A stretch of DNA of 63,967 bases, counting the filler, from Circinaria calcarea (Eukaryota), in NCBI GenBank assembly GCA_051942165.1. It is 3 parts of 3 records of this genome, joined end to end, with 100 filler letters (N's around TTAATTAATTAA, not from the genome) between each part and the next. Parts side by side here need not be neighbours in the genome. Positions count along the whole stretch, not along the records: positions 23,472 to 46,811 come from JAVECS010000121.1; 2 more parts are not named here. One strand, written 5' to 3'. The position numbers were made by a program, and so were the translations under genes. Positions 26,039-35,669 of the stretch are shown one piece after another. The notes beneath the pieces are model-generated. The model saw nothing but the letters and a program-made list of their open reading frames with translations, was not told the origin of the DNA and did no database searches. Within the stretch, counting starts at the first letter, position 1, and every line of letters starts with the position of its first letter.

Positions 26039-26051
26039 GCAACACAGTTGC
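26039..26051. promoter_or_regulatory. GCAAC-N3-GTTGC palindrome (putative element promoter)
   Basis: GCAACACAGTTGC between the divergent ATGs at 25999 and 26074. Confidence 0.65.
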
Positions 26052-26073
26052 CGACAACTACGAAGCAGCAACA

Positions 26074-27303
26074 ATGCATACACAACTTCTAAAGCGTAAG
26101 CACGTCAAGTACGTCCCAGAAGATATACTTCTAAAGATACTTCAGTACACGAACGTCGGGGACATGCATAAGGTAATCAGGACGCTTAGTCCAGATCTAT
26201 GCAACTCTGAAGGCAGCAAACTGATAGACTCTGCTCTGAATATAAGAGCGTACCTTAGCGCAGTAACGGATTTTCCAGATGCTCTTGCTACTATAATGAT
26301 GCATACAGACGTTATTCTTTCAGGATCTATTGCTCTCAATTACTTTGTGCCTGGTAGTGCTATAGAATCCTCAGACTTAGATTTTGTGTCTGGCATGAAC
26401 AATGATTTGAGTGAGGTTTTCATGACTGCTACTACTAGGATAGGCTTTATCTGGTGTACGAGAGCCAGATATAACGACAAGTACGCACAGGGCGCAGCGC
26501 ACAAGGTCCACACAGGAAGAGTGAAGGCCCATGGGAAGACTTACAACATTCATATGATTTCGAGCGTGTTCGATACTGCCTATGATCATGTGATGCAACA
26601 CGACTTATCGATAGTGAGATGTTTCATTTCTGCTTCTTGTGCCGTATCAGTACATCATAGCACCACATCGAAAATGGTGTACTGGATTGACAGACACCCG
26701 AATCTCAGTACATGTACAAGGATGGCAAAGTATGAATCCAGAGGCTTCAAGTTTCTACCTACGCATCGGAAGTGTTCTTCTAGACTTATCAAAAGGAACA
26801 TTATTGATGCCAGTAGTATGATCATCACCTTCGAGAAGTATCTCAACGTATTTGACGACGACAATTCTTGCCTGAGTACTATCGCGAAATTGAGAGAGTT
26901 TGTAAGTGATTGCCAGAGTTGTAACAAAAGTAGACATAGTCCAACTAGTGTTCACTTGCAGAATAGTTTTGTTTCTGATCTGCTAGGGTATGATATGGCT
27001 GGTGTAGTGAACTACGGAAAAGTACTTCGTGCATATGAGAAAACATGGAGATATCGAATTAGTAGTGTCGTGTTGAACAGCATTGAAAGATGGGCCCAGA
27101 GATTCACAGAACTCAATAAGATGACATCTCACGAAACCAATGCCCAAAAGACAACTGCTGTGTGCAACACTTATATTGCATATGATGAAGATCCTACAAG
27201 AGAAGATGTGATCCCGCGAATACGTGCATCTGAAGATGATATCGCAAGTCTACGCTTAATAGAATTGTTGGAAGACTTTTCATATTTTGGTCGCCGGCGT
27301 TAG
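26074..27303 (+). CDS. F-box-like plus nucleotidyltransferase-like protein (fungal-type)
   Basis: N-terminal VPEDILLKILQY (F-box-like), then VILSGSIALNYF…SSDLDF (GS…DxD NTase-like signature) and KYESRGF. Confidence 0.6.
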   Translation: MHTQLLKRKHVKYVPEDILLKILQYTNVGDMHKVIRTLSPDLCNSEGSKLIDSALNIRAYLSAVTDFPDALATIMMHTDVILSGSIALNYFVPGSAIESSDLDFVSGMNNDLSEVFMTATTRIGFIWCTRARYNDKYAQGAAHKVHTGRVKAHGKTYNIHMISSVFDTAYDHVMQHDLSIVRCFISASCAVSVHHSTTSKMVYWIDRHPNLSTCTRMAKYESRGFKFLPTHRKCSSRLIKRNIIDASSMIITFEKYLNVFDDDNSCLSTIAKLREFVSDCQSCNKSRHSPTSVHLQNSFVSDLLGYDMAGVVNYGKVLRAYEKTWRYRISSVVLNSIERWAQRFTELNKMTSHETNAQKTTAVCNTYIAYDEDPTREDVIPRIRASEDDIASLRLIELLEDFSYFGRRR

Positions 27304-27350
27304 AGTAACTCTACAAACGTATATAGAGTACCAACAGTAGTACATCTCGT

Positions 27351-27358
27351 TTTTAAAA
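27351..27358. terminator. TTTTAAAA palindrome (putative 3'-end signal)
   Basis: 48 nt after the stop at 27303; recurs after other element genes. Confidence 0.5.
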
Positions 27359-27394
27359 CAGTAAAAAAGCGACGCGGTCGCTAATACTTACACT

Positions 27395-29539
27395 ATGGCC
27401 TTGTGTATGTCTTGTGGAGCATTGCTTCAAATCATTGAATATCAGTCCCGCGCAGGAGATGAAGCCCACACTACTGTAACTGTGTGTTCTCAATGTCCGA
27501 TTCGAGCTGACAAGCTAGATTTCGAGAAAGCACCACATGATTCTTTTCAAGGATTTTACAAACAGCTGAAGAGAAGAAAGCTTTCCTCCGTTAGAAATAT
27601 CTCAGTAGATGGTCTTAAAGCTTATCTTATGACCATCGATACGCTCTACGAGAACTTGAGAGACAAAGAGTACCCTAGCAATGAGCAGATAGTGCAGAAG
27701 ATCCGCATGAAAGGAAGAAGAGGATCGGGTCATGGCAAAGAGAGCATAATTGAGGGATACTACACAGTCAATGGTCCGCTGCTTGGTACGTGTACTAGAC
27801 TAGAATCAAGAAGAAGTGTAGGCTTTGGTATTTGGATTGAGACCTACGAACTGTATAACAGTCCTGTCAGACGCGAAGAGGATAGGCTCATAGTACGTGC
27901 ATTGTTTGAGCCTCTTTCTACCTATAAAGGCCACAGAAGGTATGCGTACGTAGATCAAGTAAGCTCAAAGACGAAGCAAGTGTTCGACCTTGGAACTAAA
28001 GAACCTACAGCATTACTGTGTGAGCAGATTGTAAACAGCGCGTATCTCTCAGGCTCGGCACCTCAGAAACTAAGATTATATCTAGGAGAGGATAGTATTT
28101 CGCGCCTTTCGAATCTCAGCCCACGCGGCTGGGACGCAAGCGCAGTGCCTGTAACTGGTTACTCTATCGCTCCCAAACCCGATGGTCAGCGGGTATGGCT
28201 TATATGGTATATGAACATGTGGTACGTAACAAAGCCAAGAGTAGAGCCTGGGAAGTTGAGCTGGTCATGGTCTAGAACACAAGCACCGACTTCTCTTCCG
28301 GTCATTATAGACGCTGAGTATATGCCATCTAAAGGCTATATCGTCAATGACTTCTTAACAGATATTAATGGTGCTTATGCTCCAGCGTCTAGAGATATAT
28401 CTTGGATAGAGGTCAACTACGATGCGCTCGCGAAATTACGTCCTCCTATATCCGTTTTGCTCAAGCCATACTTCAGAGATGCGACGGAAGCCCGTGAGTA
28501 CTGCTCTCTAGTCAATTATCCTACAGATGGACTTGTTGCAATCAGGGACAGCAGCACAGAAATTCTGAAAATCAAAGACTTTAAGTCTGTAGAACTGCGC
28601 TTGGATGACACGATGATGTTCTGCACTGCTGAAGGTTCGCCGGTGTTCAGATGCCCGAATTCTAAGAACTTAGCAGTCGAGTCCATAGTAGAGATTAAGT
28701 TCAGTGAAGGCTTGACATCTGGTAGCATCAGGATTGTAGATATGTTTGAGAGAACTGATAAGGCTATTCCGAACTCCAGCGCTGCAGTTTCTAATATTCT
28801 ATTTTCGATGTCATCGTTGAACACTAAAGACGACAACGAACGGCGTGTTGCACTCTTGTGGTGTAACGAAATCAGGAACTTCGTAGTTAACAGATCGAAA
28901 CAACTGTCTCCTTCGAAGTCTATCATTCTAGACGTCGGGACTGGATCCGGTCAATCTCTTGACTCTATACAGCAAGATGAGACATTGTCGTATATCTTTA
29001 TGGAACCAGACCTCGATGCCTGCAAAAGCCTAGCACGGAGAATACGCGCCAAGCATATCATATCTTCTACTGCTGAAATTAGATCCATGATACGTGGCTT
29101 GAAAACTCGCTCCATCCTTAGAATTGTGGTGAATATGACATTGAGGCAGCTAATGGATGATTCTGAGACCTTCGAATCGTTACTTACCGAGGTCAAGTGC
29201 GTCACTTGTACTTTTAGCATACATTATCTGTTACGAGATTTACGAGATCTGAAAGCTAGGTGTGACATACCAGTGCTAGGATGTGGATATCTGTACGACG
29301 GAACGAGACCAGATGGAGTTTTAATAGATTGTAGCGGAGTCAAGATGAAGAGAATTTCTGATACAGAAGCTGAAGTAAGGTGGGGCAGAGATACTAAGTA
29401 TGTTGAACCAGTGACATTTCGACGACACTACGCAGGCTTAGGACGTGTACTACAGGGAAGTGACCTGGTAAGCCTCCCAGATCCATCACTGAGTCCTAAC
29501 GCTGTTCAAATATGCCGTCACGTCTTCGTACTGGTGTAA
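27395..29539 (+). CDS. mRNA capping enzyme (guanylyltransferase plus cap methyltransferase) with N-terminal TFIIS-type zinc ribbon
   Basis: N-terminal CxxC…YQSRAGDEAHTTVTVCxxC. GTase motifs PKPDGQR (KxDG), IDAEY, NDFL, DGLVA and LKIK. MTase motifs ILDVGTGSG and CTFSIHY. Confidence 0.85.
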   Translation: MALCMSCGALLQIIEYQSRAGDEAHTTVTVCSQCPIRADKLDFEKAPHDSFQGFYKQLKRRKLSSVRNISVDGLKAYLMTIDTLYENLRDKEYPSNEQIVQKIRMKGRRGSGHGKESIIEGYYTVNGPLLGTCTRLESRRSVGFGIWIETYELYNSPVRREEDRLIVRALFEPLSTYKGHRRYAYVDQVSSKTKQVFDLGTKEPTALLCEQIVNSAYLSGSAPQKLRLYLGEDSISRLSNLSPRGWDASAVPVTGYSIAPKPDGQRVWLIWYMNMWYVTKPRVEPGKLSWSWSRTQAPTSLPVIIDAEYMPSKGYIVNDFLTDINGAYAPASRDISWIEVNYDALAKLRPPISVLLKPYFRDATEAREYCSLVNYPTDGLVAIRDSSTEILKIKDFKSVELRLDDTMMFCTAEGSPVFRCPNSKNLAVESIVEIKFSEGLTSGSIRIVDMFERTDKAIPNSSAAVSNILFSMSSLNTKDDNERRVALLWCNEIRNFVVNRSKQLSPSKSIILDVGTGSGQSLDSIQQDETLSYIFMEPDLDACKSLARRIRAKHIISSTAEIRSMIRGLKTRSILRIVVNMTLRQLMDDSETFESLLTEVKCVTCTFSIHYLLRDLRDLKARCDIPVLGCGYLYDGTRPDGVLIDCSGVKMKRISDTEAEVRWGRDTKYVEPVTFRRHYAGLGRVLQGSDLVSLPDPSLSPNAVQICRHVFVLV

Positions 29540-29561
29540 TCCGTGCTCTACCAGACAGAAA

Positions 29562-29569
29562 TTTTAAAA
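29562..29569. terminator. TTTTAAAA palindrome
   Basis: Between the convergent stops at 29539 (+) and 29620 (-). Confidence 0.5.
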
Positions 29570-29619
29570 ACATGTGTACCGCATAGTTCTCATACAACCT
29601 TCAGCATTCGTGAATATCG

Positions 29620-30327
29620 CTACTGTTCTGCAAATCCAACACTCGGGTTTCGATATTTGTTCCTGACCTTCCTAGCTGGAAGAGCTTCTTCGATCTTCTG
29701 CTCTTCCTCGTCCTCGTCCTCATAATCGCCACGCTGAAGAGCATCCGCAACCATAGGCTGATAAAGCCTCTCAAGACTTGGGGTTGGTCTCACGATGGAG
29801 TTCCCGACTCTAACGGTTGATACATGTGGACTAGAGAACTTTTCCTTTCTATACTTTGGCGCGGGCTTCAGATCCCTAGCTTCGTCCTGCTCGCTCTCTT
29901 CCGCAATACCAACATACCTAGAACCAAATTTCGATGTCACTGAACCGCTTCCGCCTGTATATTTGGCTGACAGCCTTTTGGAGTATTCAGGTCTGCTTCT
30001 ACTGCTGTGACGACTCTTCCCGGAATTGTAAGAGGCTACAGAGGTAGAACGGGAGAACACAGTGGAACCCTCTGGCCACATAGATCGAAACTTGTCCTCA
30101 GGGTCATTAACAGCAGCAGGACATCGAATTCTTGAGTTCATATCGCCAGCTATATAGGAGTACAGGTTGTCGAAACATTCCACCATTGTGTCTACGTCTA
30201 TACCATGATAGTACTCTGGGGCACGTATTGTCTGGCATATGTTTTCCATGGTGATTCTGATGTAGTCCAATGAAGGCCTGGTACTGGAATGCGCTTTTGC
30301 CGTCTGTGGTCTTGAGAAGAAAGACAT
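29620..30327 (-). CDS. Hypothetical protein, Ser/Arg-rich
   Basis: 235-aa ATG ORF that fills the gap in a gene-dense element; no recognised motif. Confidence 0.65.
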   Translation of the reverse strand: MSFFSRPQTAKAHSSTRPSLDYIRITMENICQTIRAPEYYHGIDVDTMVECFDNLYSYIAGDMNSRIRCPAAVNDPEDKFRSMWPEGSTVFSRSTSVASYNSGKSRHSSRSRPEYSKRLSAKYTGGSGSVTSKFGSRYVGIAEESEQDEARDLKPAPKYRKEKFSSPHVSTVRVGNSIVRPTPSLERLYQPMVADALQRGDYEDEDEEEQKIEEALPARKVRNKYRNPSVGFAEQ

Positions 30328-30338
30328 TGTTATATACG

Positions 30339-31481
30339 CTAATGTGCAATGCTACCAGCAGTTTCAGACCAACTGGTCAGTGAGCTAAGCGACATTTTGT
30401 CGCATTCTACTTCTCTTGCCAAAGCTAGACAGTTTAATACCGTATAGTTAGTGGTAACCTGCTTCCAAAGCTGCTCTATTACACTCCTGTTCTGAGGTGC
30501 AGACAGAGACCATGCTCTCTTAAACGCATACGTGGCAGCGCCTATTACAAACTCTACACTAGGACTTACGTTCTGCTTGGTGGTAGTGATCTCAGATAAC
30601 TTTCGGTACCAGCATATCGCGCTGTTAGGATCGGAACGGAAGAAATATGTTAGTCTATCATACACTTCTGGAATAAAGTCCGCGTTACTCCATCCTACGA
30701 TTCCTACCACAGTAGCTCCATTCATAATAATGTGATCTGGTGAGAGATTTCTGTGGCAAAGAACAGCACTACCAGTGTAAACCGCACCCTGGGCTGGTTG
30801 TATACAGTCATCTTTATGCAGTATTCCAGCTAGTTTATCCACGAAGACTCTAGCAGAAATATATCCTGATGCGGTACTACATCGAAGAGGACCGTCCTGT
30901 ACATGCCCGAAATACTGAGATTGCTTCTCTGCAATGCACCATACTATAGCAGCGACTTGAAGGAGTATCGCATCGATATCTTCCTGATCTAGTGCGTTCA
31001 TAATTGAACTGAGAGTCTGACCTTGTATGTACGTTCTAACCCCTATGCTTACGAATCTCTTCTCATGTCTTACTACAGTCTTATTCTTGTATCTAGGCAC
31101 TTCAGTAACACCTGATACCATTGGTATCACAAGGTGGTCCCTTCCGTTGACATCTCTTAAAACCTGTCCCCATTTTACTATCAGAACATCGCATTTAGCA
31201 TCGTGTTTGTAGTACACCTTAACACAGAAGCTTGTCGGACTCTCGTAGATCAACACAAATTTTGTTGCGTCCTTAATTTGAATTTCAAGCGGTGTTATCT
31301 CACCGATGTCTAGTAGTAGCGTATCATCAGGAACTCGAACGTCGGTAGAGCACGGTCTAGAACCGTAGTGTGGAGATCGGGTGTATGAAGAGTGACTACT
31401 GGAAGATGACCGTCTTCCTGTGTGATTCCTGTGCCGAATGCCCTCACTCTTCTGGAACGAGATCATATTTAAAAGACGCAT
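30339..31481 (-). CDS. APH/choline-kinase-like phosphotransferase fold, catalytic residues degenerate
   Basis: VLCHRNLSPDHIIMNGATVVGIVGWSNADFIP aligns by eye with HGDLxxxNIxV…GIIDWExAGxxP; TYIQGQTL and YFGHVQDGP match the fungal APH-like pattern. Confidence 0.65.
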   Translation of the reverse strand: MRLLNMISFQKSEGIRHRNHTGRRSSSSSHSSYTRSPHYGSRPCSTDVRVPDDTLLLDIGEITPLEIQIKDATKFVLIYESPTSFCVKVYYKHDAKCDVLIVKWGQVLRDVNGRDHLVIPMVSGVTEVPRYKNKTVVRHEKRFVSIGVRTYIQGQTLSSIMNALDQEDIDAILLQVAAIVWCIAEKQSQYFGHVQDGPLRCSTASGYISARVFVDKLAGILHKDDCIQPAQGAVYTGSAVLCHRNLSPDHIIMNGATVVGIVGWSNADFIPEVYDRLTYFFRSDPNSAICWYRKLSEITTTKQNVSPSVEFVIGAATYAFKRAWSLSAPQNRSVIEQLWKQVTTNYTVLNCLALAREVECDKMSLSSLTSWSETAGSIAH

Positions 31482-33858
31482 TGCGAATTATAGCGTTGGT
31501 GATGTCTAGAACAAACGTGTCATACGGTATGGACACGAAAGCATGCTCAAGTTTCCTAGTACATGTGCACAGCAGCCCTAGGCGCTGGCACCGTTGGCAC
31601 ACATGACACAATATCTGGTCACCGCGACGCTTAATTTCTTTGTTGCAGCTGTGACATCCGCCAGCAGACAAGGACTGCGTATCCATTTCGCTCCACGACA
31701 CACCACCGCCTCTAGTTCTGCCTTCAGGGGTTCTGAGGCTGAACTCCGATAGAGACATATGCGATACGTGTAGGCGCTCTCGGCACATTTGAGTTTGGTT
31801 AAACATTCTGATGAACCCCAGTGTCGCCTTAGTGTCTACGGACTTTACGCTGCCGTATTTATCGTATACAAGGGTCTTAAAAGGCTCGCCGGTAGTCCCT
31901 TCAATGACTGTAAACTCGTCGTCAACATTGCAGGTCTCGCCAGGTGTGACAACGACAGGACTAGATTCTGAAGTATGAACTGCTGACATGGCTCTGCACG
32001 CTTCGTAAAGTTGTCCATGAGTCTGCCTAGTTACTATCGAAGACATCGCTATAACGACATCTGGTACTATCGTACCGTGTTTATCGTTATGTGCAATTGG
32101 CATGTCCTGATATTGCACTATAGTCGCCACGCCCTTTTGCCCGTGTGGTGTGGATAGTTTGTCTGAATCTTGTAGACACTGATAGCTCCTAACTTTCACA
32201 GAAATGTCACCATTCTTAAGATGCCTTACGCTCTCAACTACCCCTGTAGGCTTGTTTCGTATCTGATATTTGCTGGCGTTGAGATCTTCAAGCTTGTGAG
32301 TGCACCATTGTTGACAAGGACACTTCCACCATGGGTACAACCTTGCGCACATAGTAGATCCTACTGGTGGTATCTTCTCAGACTGAGGAAGGTTGAACCG
32401 ACACATTGAGAGAGTGCTAAAACCTCCGTTCTCTACGTACTTTTTTGATACTATGAATGCATCTTCATAATTATCTTCCATGTTGAGAAATAAGCACAGG
32501 GCGTTCTCTCCAGGAATATGGCTTGATATCGAAGCATTTCCGTCGCCTTGATCTTTCATTACATCTGCATATCTCGGAGTGGTAACAAGGGGCTTAAATG
32601 TATGACATGGCGAAACTGCTGCATCGCCCACACACCACGGAAGGCATGCGGCTTGAACTGTTTGTACTGATGCGAACTGTGGTCTTGGAGGCTTGTCATT
32701 CTCTATATAGGGCCAGAAGCTCCACAAGGTAGAAAAGCCCGCTCTTAGCGCGTCCTTTCCGAAGAAATCGAGGAATGGTCTGATGCTACCCTTTATCTTC
32801 GAGCTGTAATAGTATTCAACATTATCCACGTAGTATCCATTGGTGCAGAGCTTTAGCAGAGTACCCGAAGATATAGAGATTAAGACATACCTCAGCTCCT
32901 CGGAAATGTGGAGACTGTAGGGACAGTCTGCTCGTAAGCTTAGTGTCTGGTGCATCTTGAGAAGTACATAGAGCTGACTCTTTGAGATGTAGGATACCCA
33001 GCCTACACAGAACAATGTCCACATGTCCGATGTCGAATCTGCATCGGGCATTACACTAGACAACGCACGAAGCTCTTCGACAGTGTTCCAGCACAGAATT
33101 CTTCCTGAGACATCCTGAGCAACCTTCCGAATCCTTCCGGCCTCACCGGAATGAGACGTGTGGCCTGCACAAATAAAACCTTTGAAGTCCTTTCGGTATT
33201 CTCGTCTCGAAAGATCTGGAACTTTTGGTTCTTCTCCTGGACTCATGTCTATTGTCTGGACATCTCCGCTAGACCCTAGAATTCCGATGGATGCGGCCGC
33301 GTTGTGTGGATACAAGAACATTTTGGTATAGTCTACGTCGGTTCTGTAGTGGTCTGCTTCCATAGCGGAGTGGACGATACTAGCAGAAATCGGGGGTCCA
33401 TATCCGCGGTTTACGAGGTCCAAGATACGGGACTCCTCTAAGCTCACGGCAACGTTCTCACACATCCAGTGTCTTTCATCGCCAATTTTTCTTAGCGAAT
33501 ATTCTACGGTATTAGGTATGGCCCATAGTCTTCCTGAACGTAGTGCTGGTGTAAGGCTCTGTGTTATTCCCTCTATCATTTCATGAAAGCTGTTCGTAAT
33601 CTGAATCCGAAAACATATGATCTTTTCGTGCTCCATATGACCAATAGTGTTTCCGAATCTGTTCAGGCATGATATTTGTTCCGGTGTCATTGCCGCACTA
33701 AGCTCCGGTACAGGGTTGGGTACCCACGATATACCACCAGAGTCTCTGTACCTGACGAACATGTTTCGGAGTGTAAAGCTTGTAGACAGTGACACCGCCC
33801 AGACTGCAGCATCCTCTGCCGGTATGTTAAGGTTCCTGATATCATATGCCGCCTCCAT
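31444..33858 (-). CDS. DNA-directed RNA polymerase second-largest subunit (Rpb2/beta-like), about 804 aa
   Basis: Motifs GFICAGHTSHSGEAG, PYIENDKPPR, GENA…NYEDAFIVS, DKLSTPHGQKG, PDVVI…TRQTHGQL, EGRTRGGGVSWSEMD and a C-terminal CxxC zinc site. First ATG at 33858 (the track uses TTG at 33894). Confidence 0.93.
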   Translation of the reverse strand: MEAAYDIRNLNIPAEDAAVWAVSLSTSFTLRNMFVRYRDSGGISWVPNPVPELSAAMTPEQISCLNRFGNTIGHMEHEKIICFRIQITNSFHEMIEGITQSLTPALRSGRLWAIPNTVEYSLRKIGDERHWMCENVAVSLEESRILDLVNRGYGPPISASIVHSAMEADHYRTDVDYTKMFLYPHNAAASIGILGSSGDVQTIDMSPGEEPKVPDLSRREYRKDFKGFICAGHTSHSGEAGRIRKVAQDVSGRILCWNTVEELRALSSVMPDADSTSDMWTLFCVGWVSYISKSQLYVLLKMHQTLSLRADCPYSLHISEELRYVLISISSGTLLKLCTNGYYVDNVEYYYSSKIKGSIRPFLDFFGKDALRAGFSTLWSFWPYIENDKPPRPQFASVQTVQAACLPWCVGDAAVSPCHTFKPLVTTPRYADVMKDQGDGNASISSHIPGENALCLFLNMEDNYEDAFIVSKKYVENGGFSTLSMCRFNLPQSEKIPPVGSTMCARLYPWWKCPCQQWCTHKLEDLNASKYQIRNKPTGVVESVRHLKNGDISVKVRSYQCLQDSDKLSTPHGQKGVATIVQYQDMPIAHNDKHGTIVPDVVIAMSSIVTRQTHGQLYEACRAMSAVHTSESSPVVVTPGETCNVDDEFTVIEGTTGEPFKTLVYDKYGSVKSVDTKATLGFIRMFNQTQMCRERLHVSHMSLSEFSLRTPEGRTRGGGVSWSEMDTQSLSAGGCHSCNKEIKRRGDQILCHVCQRCQRLGLLCTCTRKLEHAFVSIPYDTFVLDITNAIIRNASFKYDLVPEE

Positions 33859-33890
33859 GTTTGTCTCACACACTAGCTGAGGTGAGAAGA

Positions 33891-33903
33891 GCAACTGCGT
33901 TGC
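33891..33903. promoter_or_regulatory. GCAAC-N3-GTTGC palindrome
   Basis: GCAACTGCGTTGC between the divergent ATGs at 33858 and 33973. Confidence 0.65.
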
Positions 33904-33972
33904 ATAGTTTACTGAACCGTACTTTCTTCGTGTAGCGTTTAAGTATCCAACGTCGCTGTTTTCTTGGTTATA

Positions 33973-34761
33973 ATGACGGTAACAGAAACTTCGGTAGTGA
34001 GCCTTGATGACGAGAGACGTGATATGGACAACTCAAATCTCTATGTCAGAGGATGGAGAGTAGAAGGGTCGCAACCAGAAGAAGAAAACGCGAAAGCTTT
34101 TGAGCACTTAAGAATGGTATTCGTACAAACGTGCGAGAACAACGAATGTTTATATTGGAAACGCTCCAGAACTAAGAACCTCGTGTTGTCAAAAGCTCAC
34201 GAAGTCCAAATAGAGATCATGCCGGTGTCAAAGAGAACGCTTGATGTGTACTGTGAATACTTCTCACAGTTTGTGGTGCAGGATCCAAAGCTAGACTTGA
34301 TCCTAAGCTTCTGTTTCAGCCCAGGATATAAGAAATCTCCATGTGTAGATATACCTGGATGTGCACTGTTGCAGCTTTCTTCAAGCGAATCAATCCTACA
34401 CTTCACGGTAGTAGAAATAAGCTCAAGAAGGTGCGCACTTGTGATTCCGTCTAGTGTCGTCAACGACACTATTAGTACGCTTAATATGTTAGGAGAATCA
34501 GTGGTAGCATCGTGGCATGACGGGTGGACATACAATGGGTCTAGAGTGCGCACATCGGGAGAGTATACAGAGGCAAGCTTTGAGTTCAGGGAGTGGAACA
34601 GAGAAGACCTGATACAATCGTTCGGTAGTATAGCAAAATGCGACGCAGTAGCTACTGCAACTTTCACTGTATCAATGGTGCTTAGCCCTGATCATCACGC
34701 TACTCGCTATATCAATCGCAAAAAGGTGCTAGACGTGGTGGTGCATTGCATTAAGCATTAG
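33973..34761 (+). CDS. Hypothetical protein
   Basis: About 262-aa ORF with first ATG at 33973; no recognised motif. Confidence 0.7.
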   Translation: MTVTETSVVSLDDERRDMDNSNLYVRGWRVEGSQPEEENAKAFEHLRMVFVQTCENNECLYWKRSRTKNLVLSKAHEVQIEIMPVSKRTLDVYCEYFSQFVVQDPKLDLILSFCFSPGYKKSPCVDIPGCALLQLSSSESILHFTVVEISSRRCALVIPSSVVNDTISTLNMLGESVVASWHDGWTYNGSRVRTSGEYTEASFEFREWNREDLIQSFGSIAKCDAVATATFTVSMVLSPDHHATRYINRKKVLDVVVHCIKH

Positions 34762-35639
34762 TGATGGCACCTGATCTGTGCTGTCCGCTGATGGGCTTGT
34801 ACGAGAGGCTAGGGATCGGGGAATGTACAGAAAGACGAGCCACTAGGCAACAGAAGAACATGCAGTTCGCTGCGATAAACTCCTATGTAGAGAATCTAGA
34901 GCTTCCACTGATATCTACAAACGATGCACAGACCCGAAAAGGCGATAGGTTTAAGTCCTGCATCAAACCCGACGCTTCTGATGCTAGCACCATAATCGCG
35001 TTTATTGGAACCTATTCTATGGTCAGGGATATTATCGTCTTTGATCCTCATGGAAGTACCGAACTTGCCACGATAGCCCTTTCTCAAATGCGGAGCTCAC
35101 TAGGGCCAGGCCTTACAGTCTCAGTTAAAAACTTGAACGATGGGAACTTCGATATTAAGTTTTACGAGACTAACACCAATCTAACCGCAAACGAGAGTGT
35201 TATGATCTCGTTAATTTCTGAGTTCGTGAAAAAGGAAGGCTCTATTACTCTGTATCTAAGCAAAGAATCGGAGGTATACGCTAGTATTCTTCAAGAAGAT
35301 TCGAAGTCGATGTGGTCCACTAGCGGTTCTAGCGGAGTGTCAATAACCGGATCGAGAGCTTCAAGGATACTTCCGAAGTTCTATGCAATGCCTAGCTCAC
35401 GCTCTAACGTCAGAATCAACGCAGGAAGAGCGGTTGTAGAAATTGCCCTTCCCGCTAGTGAAACGCAAGGACAGGTGAATACACTAACGGCGGACATTCT
35501 GAATGCGACAACCAAACAAGGTACATGCTTCTTTTGCTCATATATGATGAGCGTTCATAGGATGCTGTGCGAAAGCGCGAAGCTTCAGGAAACTTATGAA
35601 GTAGAACTATGCGATGCTTTCAAACTGACGACACCCTAA
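34761..35639 (+). CDS. Hypothetical protein (weak cysteine-protease-like motifs)
   Basis: 292-aa ORF with IIVFDPHG and KQGTCFF; start codon uncertain. Confidence 0.65.
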   Translation: MMAPDLCCPLMGLYERLGIGECTERRATRQQKNMQFAAINSYVENLELPLISTNDAQTRKGDRFKSCIKPDASDASTIIAFIGTYSMVRDIIVFDPHGSTELATIALSQMRSSLGPGLTVSVKNLNDGNFDIKFYETNTNLTANESVMISLISEFVKKEGSITLYLSKESEVYASILQEDSKSMWSTSGSSGVSITGSRASRILPKFYAMPSSRSNVRINAGRAVVEIALPASETQGQVNTLTADILNATTKQGTCFFCSYMMSVHRMLCESAKLQETYEVELCDAFKLTTP

Positions 35640-35669
35640 GAGCAGCTAGTGCTGCTTTAAAACACAACC

